The notes under the pieces: generated by a model
Told to the model about the DNA's origin: nothing
Seen by the model: only the letters and a program-made list of their open reading frames with translations
Databases searched by the model: none
Source of the DNA: Nitrospira sp.
GTDB lineage: Bacteria; Nitrospirota; Nitrospiria; Nitrospirales; Nitrospiraceae
DNA length: 64,000 nucleotides
NCBI GenBank assembly: GCA_047150005.1
Contig: AP038806.1
Location: 640,001 to 704,000 of the forward strand
Direction of reading: 5' to 3'
In this document: positions 28,501 to 37,835 of the stretch, in pieces
How the letters are laid out: every line of letters begins with the position of its first letter
Numbering within the stretch: position 1 is the first letter of the stretch
Made by a program: the position numbers and the translations under genes

Positions 28501-30399
28501 CCAGTCGAGCACGGTCGCATCGTAAGAGACGATCTGGCCCTTCTCGTCGTCCTTGTGTCCGGGCTTCCCGGCCGTGGGGAGCTGCATTTCCACCCAATCC
28601 TTGATCGTAATCGTGGCCGGGTTCCCCTTCCAGTTGCTCTTCCCCTTGTCCACGATCTTGAACTGACTGCCGAACCAATCGACGGTCTGGCCGATCAGCT
28701 TGTCGGATGAGATGGGGGTCTTGATCCGCCCCTTTCGATCCGGCAATTCACGCAGATCCGGCATCACATCGTTCCGTAGATCCCCCTGCTGAATCGTGTT
28801 GTAGACGCGCCAATAGCCCCACATGCCCGCGACATAATGGTGCGCCACGTGGCAATGGAAGAGGAAGTCGCCGGCCAGCTGCTGGCAGAGTCCGGATCCA
28901 CACTCCGTCTCCAGATCGAGGGCCTCCGAGGGGCCGATGACTTCGACATCGACGCGATCGGTCTTATGGCGAATCACCGGATACTTGACCGGTCCGTTGA
29001 CCGCGGTGGCCCAGAGATTCATATCGTCGATCGCCCGCGGGCTGCGCGGCCACCGAATCGTTCCTCCGTGCGGGTGGTGGCTATGGAACACCTCCGAACC
29101 GCCGTGAACCAGCCGAAACTTTGCAGGATCACCCATGTAGGAGCGGGGAATCGTCGGAGAAGCATCGCCGAACGTGTAGGAGCTGTACCCCATCGATTCG
29201 TCTTCGAACCCGAAGTATTCGTGCTGCACGTGCATGTTGTTGATGCCGAAGGGCTCGCTACGATAGTTGATCGCCCGGCCGCCCGGACGGTAGGCATCGG
29301 TCAAGGGGTCGCGCTGCGGAAGAAAATCGCCCTTCTTGTTGACCGGCCGAAACGCCTCGTCACCGACCTCGTGGTAGATCAGCACGAATTCACGGAAGTC
29401 CGGCCCTGTGCCGTTCTGAATCATCACCTGCCAACCGCTGTTCGCAGGGGTCGCGTCTCCGGAGCCGAGGGCCTCGAGGTAGTTCGATCCTCGAGGTTCG
29501 ACCACGAACGCGCCGAACATGCCCATCACGGTCAATTCGCGATCTTGGCTAAACGTATGGAACTGGCGGACGCCTTCCTGCGTGTTGGGATGGATATACC
29601 ACTCGAAATCGACGCTCTTCTTCTCATCCACGATCGCGTCGGGATTGGTCGTGGTCGCCGCGGCCCCGGTGGCGCTCACGACCATGCTGGAACCGTGAAT
29701 GTGCAGGCTGACCGGCCCGCCTCCCTCTTCCAGCTTGTTGGCCAGCTTGATCTTGACGCAATCACCCTGGTTGCCGCGCATGACCAACGGCTGAATCCAC
29801 TGCGCCTGCACGCCGGGGATGACCGCACCCGGATCGAACCCTTCCTTTTCACGGGCTTCCTTGTTCGTGTTCTCTTCCGCCCGGACTTTGTCGAGGTTTT
29901 CCTCCAGGACGTACATGTACCCGGGATAGAAATCGAGCCACTGGTTGAGCGTGATCTCGACGTTGATCGCCGAGACGTTGTACTGCTTGACCGGCGCCGT
30001 GGCGGGACACTTTCCACCTCCGGTCGTCGAAACCGGCTCCACCCGTGGGTCGGAAACAAGGAGCATGTCCTGACCACCGGCTCCATACTGGTGCATCATG
30101 GATGTGGTGTTGTACATACCGGTGTTCATCCCCTGAATCTGCGGGTCTTGAGCCAGATGCTCCATGACGCGCTGATGCTGCTGCTCGACCATTGCGGCCC
30201 GATCTCCCTTCCCGGACATCGTGTCCTCGACAATGGTCTGTCCCTTGAGCTGCTCCGCCCACGCGGGGAGCTGATGGTTCATCGCAATGTGCGACGGGGA
30301 ACTCTCAGCGGACGCGAGCGGGACCCACAACAGGGCCGAGGCTGCCATTGCGCCGAGAATGCGGGTAGGAACACGAACCTCTTGTTGATGAGGAAACAT
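25555..30399 (-). CDS. Large multicopper oxidase (MnxG-like), 1614 aa
   Basis: SLHIHG, HSHHPHG, FHCHVAHHYVAGM, NTHWHF, FWHDHAF; Sec-like signal peptide. Confidence 0.9.
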   Translation of the reverse strand: MFPHQQEVRVPTRILGAMAASALLWVPLASAESSPSHIAMNHQLPAWAEQLKGQTIVEDTMSGKGDRAAMVEQQHQRVMEHLAQDPQIQGMNTGMYNTTSMMHQYGAGGQDMLLVSDPRVEPVSTTGGGKCPATAPVKQYNVSAINVEITLNQWLDFYPGYMYVLEENLDKVRAEENTNKEAREKEGFDPGAVIPGVQAQWIQPLVMRGNQGDCVKIKLANKLEEGGGPVSLHIHGSSMVVSATGAAATTTNPDAIVDEKKSVDFEWYIHPNTQEGVRQFHTFSQDRELTVMGMFGAFVVEPRGSNYLEALGSGDATPANSGWQVMIQNGTGPDFREFVLIYHEVGDEAFRPVNKKGDFLPQRDPLTDAYRPGGRAINYRSEPFGINNMHVQHEYFGFEDESMGYSSYTFGDASPTIPRSYMGDPAKFRLVHGGSEVFHSHHPHGGTIRWPRSPRAIDDMNLWATAVNGPVKYPVIRHKTDRVDVEVIGPSEALDLETECGSGLCQQLAGDFLFHCHVAHHYVAGMWGYWRVYNTIQQGDLRNDVMPDLRELPDRKGRIKTPISSDKLIGQTVDWFGSQFKIVDKGKSNWKGNPATITIKDWVEMQLPTAGKPGHKDDEKGQIVSYDATVLDWTWEGSRAMSEKESTIDNPKYKSSHPGKRHPIMFEPLTGKVAWPHLTPHFGKRVMFSPNHVGAPWLEMIRRDDNGEESVDQAKPGEQGNWSLCPVNAGRKNYNVHFIKLPIKIAKAQGKEPPVVDPNGLIYVLHEEEAAIRANDDLKYPLVVRGNIYDCVDWMLTSEWDDDDYTNFQSSKINTHWHFLQFDNQASDGVITGFSYEQSVRPFTMLEKKNSKGLPAPMNTALTAAAKKGTTTLTVKNAKQYHVGILILVGADNVKGNEVSRIKAINGNTITLSKGLKNDHPANDIVTVEFVRQRFWVDADVGTVFWHDHAFGATTWPHGGFGTFIAEPVGSTYHDPKTGKLVWSGPIADIHTNEPVGHGVNNSFREMMVQVHDTVPHTVNIVTAGNPPGQPVEVALEAGKTVSFMMPEKLYMTPMPFLNGGTHTTGSGLNFRAGPIAQRLATNPDVSQAFNSQIHGDPYTPLLRAYTGDTMVFRLLHTLMNETMTWTLSGHTFWSERYASDANRKNSIHIGIAERYDLVVPEAGGPRHLAGDYIHFNGRSSKFSEGGWGIIRVYDKEQPDLKKLPAGFSVKGEIPKALPVCPADAPVKTFNVVAMDYPSMKFNAKAPESIEVDFERKIQITNPEAKIYALEEDVAKVSGEAQPMPLTLRVNVGDCVKVSLKNKMKASKASFSAIGLVFDPKDSMGANVGNNPGDQTIASGGERTYTYYADPFNGETTSLVWDWGNVMTNPRNGLFGAIVVGPKGSKYRDPKTGADLTNKNAWAADVIIDRTVPGNEMRANYRDVALFFQDEDNIIGTSFMPYVQNVAGLTGINYRSEPYKYREEQGCSLGKVFQPCKVDKPEDPATPIIESHAGDPVRIHVIGANNEQNGMFSIEKHEWPIEPFMRGADQISVVEFSGSEVLDTFVSSAGGPYRLPGDYVYSNQRLPYSQSGQWGYLRVLPSGDQRLLPLAGAGAGMKSASLEQAAHAIPVAAK

Positions 30400-30530
30400 G
30401 GACCGGCCTCCTTGGTGTTGATTGAGTGATGCAAGACGGGGAACTCATTGAGGAAGAACCAAATCTGCGTGTCACAATCGAACCAGATTCAATTTCGCGA
30501 TAATCGTTTCTAGACCGCTATTGATGGCGA

Positions 30531-30559
30531 AATGTACTGAACTTGGTAACCTCTGTCAA
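30531..30559 (-). promoter_or_regulatory. sigma70 promoter of the multicopper oxidase
   Basis: Minus strand TTGACA-N17-TACATT. Confidence 0.65.
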
Positions 30560-30721
30560 CCCCTGTATTTTTCACGCGAATCGTCGCGTGAGACGAACAA
30601 TCTTCTGTATGTCAAGACGATTCTGGCGACATTTCGCAAGTCCATCGCGGCGATACACGACCACTCGCGGCCCGGCAATGGTTTCCTTCGCCCCGCTCTG
30701 CGTTTATGAGATAATCAGATC

Positions 30722-32545
30722 ATGATCCTCAAACGTTGGCTGGTGGGTGACCCGCTCAAAACGGCACAGGCTGCTGACGAGCGTCTTTCCAAGACCATCG
30801 CCCTGGCGGTTTTCTCCTCCAACGCGATTTCCTCGGTCGCCTATGCGACGGAGGAAATCCTCTTGGTGCTGATTCTGGCCGGATCCGCCGCACTGATCTG
30901 GTCCATCCCCGTCAGTCTCGCCATTCTGTTCCTCGTGATTGTGCTCACGATTTCCTACCGTCAGATTATCTATGAATATCCGGAAGGGGGCGGAGCCTAC
31001 ATCGTCGCTCGGTCCAATCTCGGCGATATGCCTGCCCTGATTGCCGCCGCGGCCCTCATGATCGACTATGTACTGACCGTCGCCGTCAGCGTGGCCGCCG
31101 GGGTCGCCGCCATCACGTCTGCGATTCCGAGCCTGTATGCCCACCGCACCGCTCTGGGACTAACGGCGATCCTGTTCATCGTGGTCGTGAACCTCCGGGG
31201 AGTGCGAGAGTCCGGGAAATTCTTTGCCGTGCCGACCTATTCGGCCATCGGAGGCTTGGGTCTGTTGGTGCTTATCGGCACCTTTCAATCCTTGACCGAT
31301 TCTGCCCCCTCCGGCTTGTCCGATTCAGCCTCCCCGACCGGCGGCGGACTTGAGAATCTCACTCTCTTTCTGATTCTGCGGTCCTTTGCCGCAGGCTGCG
31401 CGGCGGTGACCGGAATGGAGGTGATCTCGAACGGGGTCAAAGCCTTCCGTCATCCCGAATCGAAGAACGCCGCCACGACGATGGTATGGATGTCGGGTAT
31501 CCTGGCCACGCTCTTCATGGGCATCAGCTGGTTGGCCTACCATTACGGCATCACGGCAAACGACCACGAAACGGTCGTCTCGCAACTGGCTCGCCTCACA
31601 TTCGGCACGGGAGTGACCTATTTCGCCATTCAAGTCGGAACCATGTTGCTCTTGGTGTTGGCTGCCAACAGCGCATTTGCCGGTTTCCCCCATTTATCGT
31701 CGATCCTGGCACGAGACGGCTTCATGCCCCACCAGATGGCGACCTTCGGCGATCGCTTGGTCTTCTCCAACGGCATCATCATCCTGGGATTCTTCGCGTG
31801 CCTCCTGGTCGTACTCTTTCAGGGCGACACCCACGCGCTGATCCCCCTGTATGCGATCGGGGTATTCGTATCCTTTACCCTGTCCCAAGCTGGCATGGTC
31901 CGACGGTGGCTGATCAAAAAAGGAGACCACTGGCGCAAGAAGTTAATCGTCAATGGGATCGGCGCGGTGGCAACAGGTATCGCCACGGTCATCATCGCCA
32001 GCACGAAATTCATGCAGGGCGCGTGGATCGTCTTTCTCCTCGTAGCCCTGCTGATCATGATGTTTCGGGGCATCCGCTCCCATTACCAAGCCGCGGCCCA
32101 ACAAGTATCGTTGTCCCGTGACGCACGGCCGCCTCGGCCGCGCCGTAACCTGGTTCTCATTCCAATCGGCGCGGTCAATAAGGCCGTCCTCCGTGCAGTC
32201 GACTATGCCAGGAGCCGGGGTGGCGAGGTGCGTGCCGTGTTGATCGATGTTGATAAGGAGGAAACCGCCCTCGTCGAGATCAAGTGGGCCCAGTGGGGTT
32301 GCGGCGTCCCGCTGGTCGTGCTGCCGTCGCCCTATCGGTCGATTCTCCGGGCGCTTCTGGACTATGTCGAAGAAAATCTCGACAAAGATCCCGACTGTTG
32401 GATTACCGTGGTCTTGCCGGAGATTCTCCCGGCCCGCTGGTGGCAGAACATCCTGCACAACCAGCGAGCCCTGCTGCTCAAGGCGTCGCTGCTGTTCAAA
32501 GACCGCGTCGTCTTGACTGACGTGCCCTTTCATCTGACGAGGTGA
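30722..32545 (+). CDS. APC-family permease, KimA/YdaO-like K+ transporter
   Basis: SSNAISSVAYATEEIL, YPEGGGAY, GMEVISNGV, LIPLYAIGVF, ILHNQ. Confidence 0.85.
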   Translation: MILKRWLVGDPLKTAQAADERLSKTIALAVFSSNAISSVAYATEEILLVLILAGSAALIWSIPVSLAILFLVIVLTISYRQIIYEYPEGGGAYIVARSNLGDMPALIAAAALMIDYVLTVAVSVAAGVAAITSAIPSLYAHRTALGLTAILFIVVVNLRGVRESGKFFAVPTYSAIGGLGLLVLIGTFQSLTDSAPSGLSDSASPTGGGLENLTLFLILRSFAAGCAAVTGMEVISNGVKAFRHPESKNAATTMVWMSGILATLFMGISWLAYHYGITANDHETVVSQLARLTFGTGVTYFAIQVGTMLLLVLAANSAFAGFPHLSSILARDGFMPHQMATFGDRLVFSNGIIILGFFACLLVVLFQGDTHALIPLYAIGVFVSFTLSQAGMVRRWLIKKGDHWRKKLIVNGIGAVATGIATVIIASTKFMQGAWIVFLLVALLIMMFRGIRSHYQAAAQQVSLSRDARPPRPRRNLVLIPIGAVNKAVLRAVDYARSRGGEVRAVLIDVDKEETALVEIKWAQWGCGVPLVVLPSPYRSILRALLDYVEENLDKDPDCWITVVLPEILPARWWQNILHNQRALLLKASLLFKDRVVLTDVPFHLTR

Positions 32546-33675
32546 CCATGACACCTGAATCGCCGATCACCGGACGCGACAGGATCCGGCCCGTCCTTCT
32601 CACATTCGCGGCGGCCCTCTCCACCTTCATCCTCATGACACACCCGGTCCATGCCTTTAAGATCAAGGAGCCAGCGGAAGGAGCCACACTGACGGCTGGA
32701 CGGACCGTCACCGCCCATGTGGATCTGGGAAACGATATCGGCATCGTCAAGGTGCGCTACTATTGGTATCGAGAACACGATGAAACGTTGGTGCAGCAAG
32801 ACGAGCTCGACTCGAGTCCCTCGAAATCCGGGGCGAAGATCTCTGTGGACAAGTTTCTCCAGAAGGATTCGGTGGTCGGCGGCGCGGTTGTGGCGGTACC
32901 GGTCCTCGTCTCGACGGGCGATCAGGACCCCGCATTTGGAGGAGCCCTGAAGGTCCCATCCGAGGCAATCGGTCCCATGCGGCTCCTGGCAGTGGCCGAG
33001 ATCTCGCGTGGACGCCTGGGCACGAGGACTGTCTTTGATGAGATCATCGTCCCTGTCGAGCCGGGGGCGGCCCTCCAGAATATCGATTTTGAAACCGAAA
33101 AACCGCTCCTCCTCGGGCGAGAGGGTCAATTGGCCACCTATGGACAGGTGGACGTGCTTGGCAAGATCTTCGAACTCCCGGTCGTGGGGGAGTTCGCCGA
33201 CGGGATCACCAGACCGTTGAACACGCCGGCCAGCGGTACGACGTATCAGTCGTCGAATGACAAGGTCGTCCAGGTGTTGCGGGACGGCATGCTGAAGATC
33301 GTGGGGAACGGCAAGACCGTGCTCACGGTGAAGAACAGGGACAAAGAAGCCTCGCTGGATGTCACCGTCGCGGTCGGTGATGAACCGAACGAGCCGCCGG
33401 TGGCCATCGCGGGCGCGAACCGCACCGTCAAGTCGGGCACCAAGATCGAATTGAACGGCTTGAGCAGCCGCGACCCCGAGGGAGAAGCGCTCTTCTATTC
33501 CTGGAGTCAAGTTCGCGGGGCAAAGGTCCCGCTCCTGGACCTCAATATGCCGAAAGCGTCGTTCGTCGCCCCGTTTGTCTCGGAGCCCAAACTCTTCCGC
33601 TTCCGGCTGCGCGTGACGGATAAAAAGGGCGCGGATTCGTTGCCGGCGTTTGTGGACGTGACGGTCGAGCCGTAG
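32542..33675 (+). CDS. Exported Ig-like/PKD domain protein
   Basis: Signal peptide, YQSSNDKVVQV (Ig-like), PPVAIAGANRTV..LNGLSSRDPEG..YSWSQ. Confidence 0.75.
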   Translation: MTMTPESPITGRDRIRPVLLTFAAALSTFILMTHPVHAFKIKEPAEGATLTAGRTVTAHVDLGNDIGIVKVRYYWYREHDETLVQQDELDSSPSKSGAKISVDKFLQKDSVVGGAVVAVPVLVSTGDQDPAFGGALKVPSEAIGPMRLLAVAEISRGRLGTRTVFDEIIVPVEPGAALQNIDFETEKPLLLGREGQLATYGQVDVLGKIFELPVVGEFADGITRPLNTPASGTTYQSSNDKVVQVLRDGMLKIVGNGKTVLTVKNRDKEASLDVTVAVGDEPNEPPVAIAGANRTVKSGTKIELNGLSSRDPEGEALFYSWSQVRGAKVPLLDLNMPKASFVAPFVSEPKLFRFRLRVTDKKGADSLPAFVDVTVEP

Positions 33676-33803
33676 CAGGATCTTGAAAAAGGCCGCCGGC
33701 TGCGTTCTCTCATCGCTTAATACCTGCGACGTACGGTTAAAGAGTACGCCTCGGTATCTCGCTCGCTGCGGCCTTGCCGAACGACCTTTTTGAACATCCT
33801 GCT
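33674..33803. mobile_element. 130-bp MITE-like element with terminal inverted repeats
   Basis: Left end AGCAGGATCTTGAAAAAGG vs right-end reverse complement AGCAGGATGTTCAAAAAGG (17/19 match); no coding capacity. Confidence 0.7.
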
Positions 33804-34821
33804 CTCGATTTGCTAGTCTTCCCGCAGGGATTCTCACAATAATGATCTTCTCTTTCATTTCTATTGGGGCCGAAACCGGCATGCTTCCCGCAAGTTTCAA
33901 TGACCGCCTAAATGAAATGATGAGCGTCAAATGGGAAGAGATAGCCCAAGAAACACAGGAGGAGTTCTCCAAGAACAGTGCAGATGCAGCTCAAAGAGGG
34001 ATGTTGCACTCGAGTAACACACTAGGCCTTTATCAGAAAAAACGACTGCGGCAGATAAACAAGCGAGTCGAAGCCACCCTGGAGTGCCAAAAGCGGCTGA
34101 TTTCTGCCATGCAGATTCCATTTAGCCAAACGTTAGGTCCCGAGCTCAAGAAGCAAGTCGAAACGTGGGTATCGGACGAATGGTGCGAACAGTCTATACA
34201 ATCTGACCCTGCTTTGGGGTTGGTGAAAGATTGCAAATCTGAGTTTCGCGAAGAAACACTGCAAACAAGAAACACCGCTCTTAAGAAAGCTTCCATTGAA
34301 ATCGACCTACTTGTTGACGGGTTGCGTTCGCAGCAGAACATTCAAATAGCTCCCGCAAGGGAAATGGACCAGAAGTTCAAGATTCTCTTGAGCCCTGGTC
34401 AGGCTGAAAAAGATTTTGCCGAATGGTCTCAACAATTGGGATCTGCGAATGGACAGATTGCTGTGCTCTTTGCAGATCTCGACAATTTTAAGGCTCTCAA
34501 TACCAAATACTCAGAACCCAAAATTGATAAGAGTGTACTCCCTGAAGCTATGCAGATAGTTGAACACCTTACACGACTGCGAGGCGGAGCCTACAAATAC
34601 GGTGGTGACGAGTACGTGCTAATCCTCCCGAATTGTGACGGCATGGAAGGAGCAGCTTTCGCAGAAAAGATTCGTAAATCGTTCGAGCAACACGAATTCA
34701 AGGTCGATACAGACACAGTGGGCGTAACGATATCCATTGGAGTTGCCGTATGGCCTGTTCATGCGGTGACTTATCAAGACCTCTTAACCAAAGCCAGTGA
34801 GGCTAAGACTCAAGCGAAAAT

Positions 34822-35970
34822 TGTATAACTCACGACTTCATCTGACAGACAGCGAGTCCTCACCGGGTTTAGGCCGCTAACATTTTCTCCTTGGCCAGTG
34901 GCACACTATCGAGAAACGTCTGCATCGGTGTCTTGCCATAGCACCAGCGCCCTTGGTGGGGGCGCTGCTCGTTGTACTCCTGGATCCACGCATCCAAGTC
35001 AGCCTGGAGGTCCTCCAGCGTTCGATAGATCTTCTTGCGGAGCGCCACGCGGTAAAACTCGTTCAACATGGTCTTGTGGAACCGTTCACAGATCCCGTTG
35101 GTCTGGGGATGCCGCGTCTTGGTGCGCGTATGATCGATGTTCTCCACGGCCAGATAGAGTTCGTACTCATGGCGCTCCGGAGTTCCACAGTATTCCGTGC
35201 CGCGATCCGTGAGCACACGGTTCAGCGGAATGGCATGCTGCTCGAAGAACGGCAAGACCCGATCATTGAGCAATTCCGCGGCCGTCACCGGCGTCTTGCG
35301 GTCGTACAGCTTCGCAAATCCCACCTTGCTGTAGGTATCGATGAAGGTTTGCTGGTAGATGCGGCCGACGCCCTTCAAGGTGCCGACGTAGAACGTATCC
35401 TGCGCGCCGCAGTAGCCGGGACATTCGCTCTCAAATTCGCCGTGGGCCTCTTTGTCCGCCGTCGCCTTCTCCAGCGCCACGACTTGGGCCTCGGTAAGCA
35501 CCAGTCCCGCTTGGGCTACCTTCGCTTCCAGTGCCTTTAAGCGTTTCCGCATCGTTGCGAGATCATGGCGGAGCCAGATACAGCGCACGCCCGCTGGGGA
35601 GATGGACAGCGCCTGCTTGCGCAGTTCATTCGCCACGCGGGCTTGTCCCCACGCGGGTTGCTCAATAGCGATCTGCACGATGGCCTGTTCCACCTCGGGT
35701 GCCACCCGATTCTTGAGGAGCGGCTTCTGCCGCGAAATCTCTTGAAGCGCGGCCTCGCCGCCGGTCTCGTAGAGTTCCTTGAATCGATAGAAACTATCGC
35801 GGCTATACCCCATCAGCTGGCAGGCTTTGGAGACATTGCCGAGCTGCTTCGCCAGTTCCAGCACGCCGACTTTCGTCTTAATGATCTTTTGTTCCGTCGT
35901 CATGGTCCTCGCTCCTTTCGTGAAGAGGGAGGACTCTAGCTGACTGTCAGATTAAGTTCTAGCTTCCACA
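34822..35970 (-). mobile_element. IS481-family insertion sequence
   Basis: TGT...ACA ends, imperfect TIRs sharing ACTT-ATCTGACAG-CAGC, 6-bp direct repeat GAAAAT at 34816-34821 and 35971-35976. Confidence 0.93.
34869..35903 (-). CDS. IS481-family transposase
   Basis: N-terminal HTH; integrase core [32 protein letters not shown]. Confidence 0.95.
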   Translation of the reverse strand: MTTEQKIIKTKVGVLELAKQLGNVSKACQLMGYSRDSFYRFKELYETGGEAALQEISRQKPLLKNRVAPEVEQAIVQIAIEQPAWGQARVANELRKQALSISPAGVRCIWLRHDLATMRKRLKALEAKVAQAGLVLTEAQVVALEKATADKEAHGEFESECPGYCGAQDTFYVGTLKGVGRIYQQTFIDTYSKVGFAKLYDRKTPVTAAELLNDRVLPFFEQHAIPLNRVLTDRGTEYCGTPERHEYELYLAVENIDHTRTKTRHPQTNGICERFHKTMLNEFYRVALRKKIYRTLEDLQADLDAWIQEYNEQRPHQGRWCYGKTPMQTFLDSVPLAKEKMLAA

Positions 35971-36119
35971 GAAAATTCAAAAAAATTGCTTCAGAATGGC
36001 TGAGCTTATTGGTGATCAGGAAACGCCGTAACTGAGGAGTGGTTTATTATTGCCCGCTCAGAATCTTGCTGTTTACTTGAACAGAAAATCTCAGTACGGG
36101 CTAAGCCATGATCCAATGG

Positions 36120-37472
36120 TCAATCCTGAATAGTGATTATTTGAGTAACAGAGGCGAGTGGGAAAAAGTCCGGAAGGTAGCTGTCAATCTTTCCATCTTT
36201 CAGGTAGTGATGACCGACCGTTGGAAACAAGTCAGCATCTAAAGAGTACTTAGCATTTGGGTTGTGGAATATTGAGACGCCTTCAGACCAAGCTTCTGTG
36301 CACTTCCCTGCTTCGATATACAATGTGAAATTCCTCGGCACTAAGCTCTTCTCGTCATGATCGTAGCATTTACCGATCCGTACCATTTTTACACCGGAAT
36401 CCCCGAATCCAGCTAACTTCCCCATGCGGTTAAATTTCGAAATGGTTCCGCTGTTGCTAAAAAGCACGGCGCTCACATTCTCGCATTCTGGCTGACGAAA
36501 GAAACCTGAAGGGATCCGCTTTTCACCAAACTCGTGCCAATCGATACTTCGATGTATCACTTCTCCTCCGTCGCCCCCTTCCTTTGTCTCAGCTCTAATT
36601 CCATACAAATACTGCCAAATGAACGGATGAGTCCAGACCATAGAGTGCGGTTGATGAAAGTCTGCAATGGCGAAAATTAAAGGCTTCCCTTTAACATGCT
36701 GTAGCTCCCAATATCGTTTTGGCCTTGCAAGCTTAGAAAACAATGCACTACCAAACTTGATTGCAGCGTAATCAGCTAACTTGGCATGATCTGCCTCAGT
36801 CTCCGGCGAAGCCTGAATAGCCCCATCACCTTGACTCGGGTTTACAGTGACAGCCTCAACGAAAACCGTTTGGTCGTATTTCTCGCACAGGTAATCAGGG
36901 GCTGAAAATCCCCTGTCGATTAAGAATTTGTTCTCGTGAAGGAATGCATAGAGGAATAACTCCCAGAGACGTGCATCGAATGCGGATGTTTGGAACTGTT
37001 GAACATAGTTTCCGTCTGGATCTTCAAAGGAATAGGCAATTTCTGCCATTATTTCTCTAGCCGAAGAGAACCCTCTTCCTTCGGCGAGGTTGCGAAAGCC
37101 CCCATCTAGCTTTTCAGGAGGAACGACTTGCCTAAAAAGTTCGAACTTTTTCTTAATAACCCTGTCGCCCTGGGAAAAAACTTTCTCGCCCGTGATTGAG
37201 TAACGCGACAACTTCAGATGAAGCTCGTTCCTCGCTACCTCAGCGCTAGGACAACTGACGTCTTGATCGATGGCACGGAATAGGGCTCGTTCATCGCGTC
37301 CAAGAATAACCCATCCCCAATCATGATCATGCTTATCCCACGTCAAGACTCCTAGAACATTCTTATCCTGATCGGCATACCATTCTTTTTCTTCGACAAA
37401 GAATTCAACCCCTGGAGATTTTGAAAATGTCAGAGCATCAAACCTTGCCTTTGAAATTGTCTTGGCAGCCAT
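36120..37472 (-). CDS. Hypothetical protein with a possible PD-(D/E)xK nuclease-like fold
   Basis: Intact 450-aa AT-richer ORF; FDARLWELFL followed by APDY...FVEAVT. Confidence 0.6.
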   Translation of the reverse strand: MAAKTISKARFDALTFSKSPGVEFFVEEKEWYADQDKNVLGVLTWDKHDHDWGWVILGRDERALFRAIDQDVSCPSAEVARNELHLKLSRYSITGEKVFSQGDRVIKKKFELFRQVVPPEKLDGGFRNLAEGRGFSSAREIMAEIAYSFEDPDGNYVQQFQTSAFDARLWELFLYAFLHENKFLIDRGFSAPDYLCEKYDQTVFVEAVTVNPSQGDGAIQASPETEADHAKLADYAAIKFGSALFSKLARPKRYWELQHVKGKPLIFAIADFHQPHSMVWTHPFIWQYLYGIRAETKEGGDGGEVIHRSIDWHEFGEKRIPSGFFRQPECENVSAVLFSNSGTISKFNRMGKLAGFGDSGVKMVRIGKCYDHDEKSLVPRNFTLYIEAGKCTEAWSEGVSIFHNPNAKYSLDADLFPTVGHHYLKDGKIDSYLPDFFPLASVTQIITIQD

Positions 37473-37565
37473 GAGAGCACCTATGCTTTGCTCAACCGCA
37501 TCGGTCCGTAGGTTCGGCGAGCTTGCTGAAGTTCCTTGATGTGGCGACGGGTTGGTTTCAAGGGT

Positions 37566-37594
37566 TTGCCCTCACGAGTTCTTTCCCCTATACT
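37566..37594 (+). promoter_or_regulatory. sigma70 promoter of the TA operon
   Basis: TTGCCC-N17-TATACT. Confidence 0.55.
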
Positions 37595-37637
37595 TACTTC
37601 GTTGCAAGACGTAGCATCCTAAGCGAAGGAGCCGGTC

Positions 37638-37835
37638 ATGGCAACGCTCACAATCTCTCTCTCAGATGAAGAAATGCGTCGACTGGAAGAACTGAGCAAG
37701 CGCGAAGGTTTGAGCGTGGAGCAGATGGTCCGCCTCGGCATCAATGACTTCATCGGCCAGGCAGACGAGTCCTTCCATATCGCGGCACGGCGCGTCATGG
37801 AGAAGAACGCCGAACTGTATCGCCGCCTCTCGTGA
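37638..37835 (+). CDS. Antitoxin, ribbon-helix-helix/CopG-like
   Basis: TLTISLSDEE..RLEELSKREG; C-terminal KNAELYRRLS; GTGA overlap with the toxin gene. Confidence 0.8.
   Translation: MATLTISLSDEEMRRLEELSKREGLSVEQMVRLGINDFIGQADESFHIAARRVMEKNAELYRRLS

Larger units (their letters stand above)
33881..36031 (+). pseudogene. GGDEF-domain protein interrupted by IS481 near its 3' end
   Basis: ADLDNFKALN, YKYGGDEY, VTISIGVA. Removing the IS restores ...AKTQAKIQKNCFRMAELIGDQETP-stop at 36031. Start is 33881 or 33842. Confidence 0.82.

Noticed and set aside
27310..30429. Plus-strand ORFs of 466 and 530 aa opposite the multicopper oxidase
   Set aside because: Shadow ORFs with no recognisable domains.
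30560..30721. Possible ydaO/c-di-AMP riboswitch upstream of the KimA-like gene
   Set aside because: No recognisable conserved riboswitch motifs by eye; an Rfam scan would settle it.
32530..33972. 480-aa minus-strand ORF
   Set aside because: Antisense to the PKD gene and reads through the MITE-like element; spurious.
33842..34828. GGDEF ORF as an intact gene
   Set aside because: Its stop codon lies inside the IS481 end; the native 3' end is at 35977-36031.
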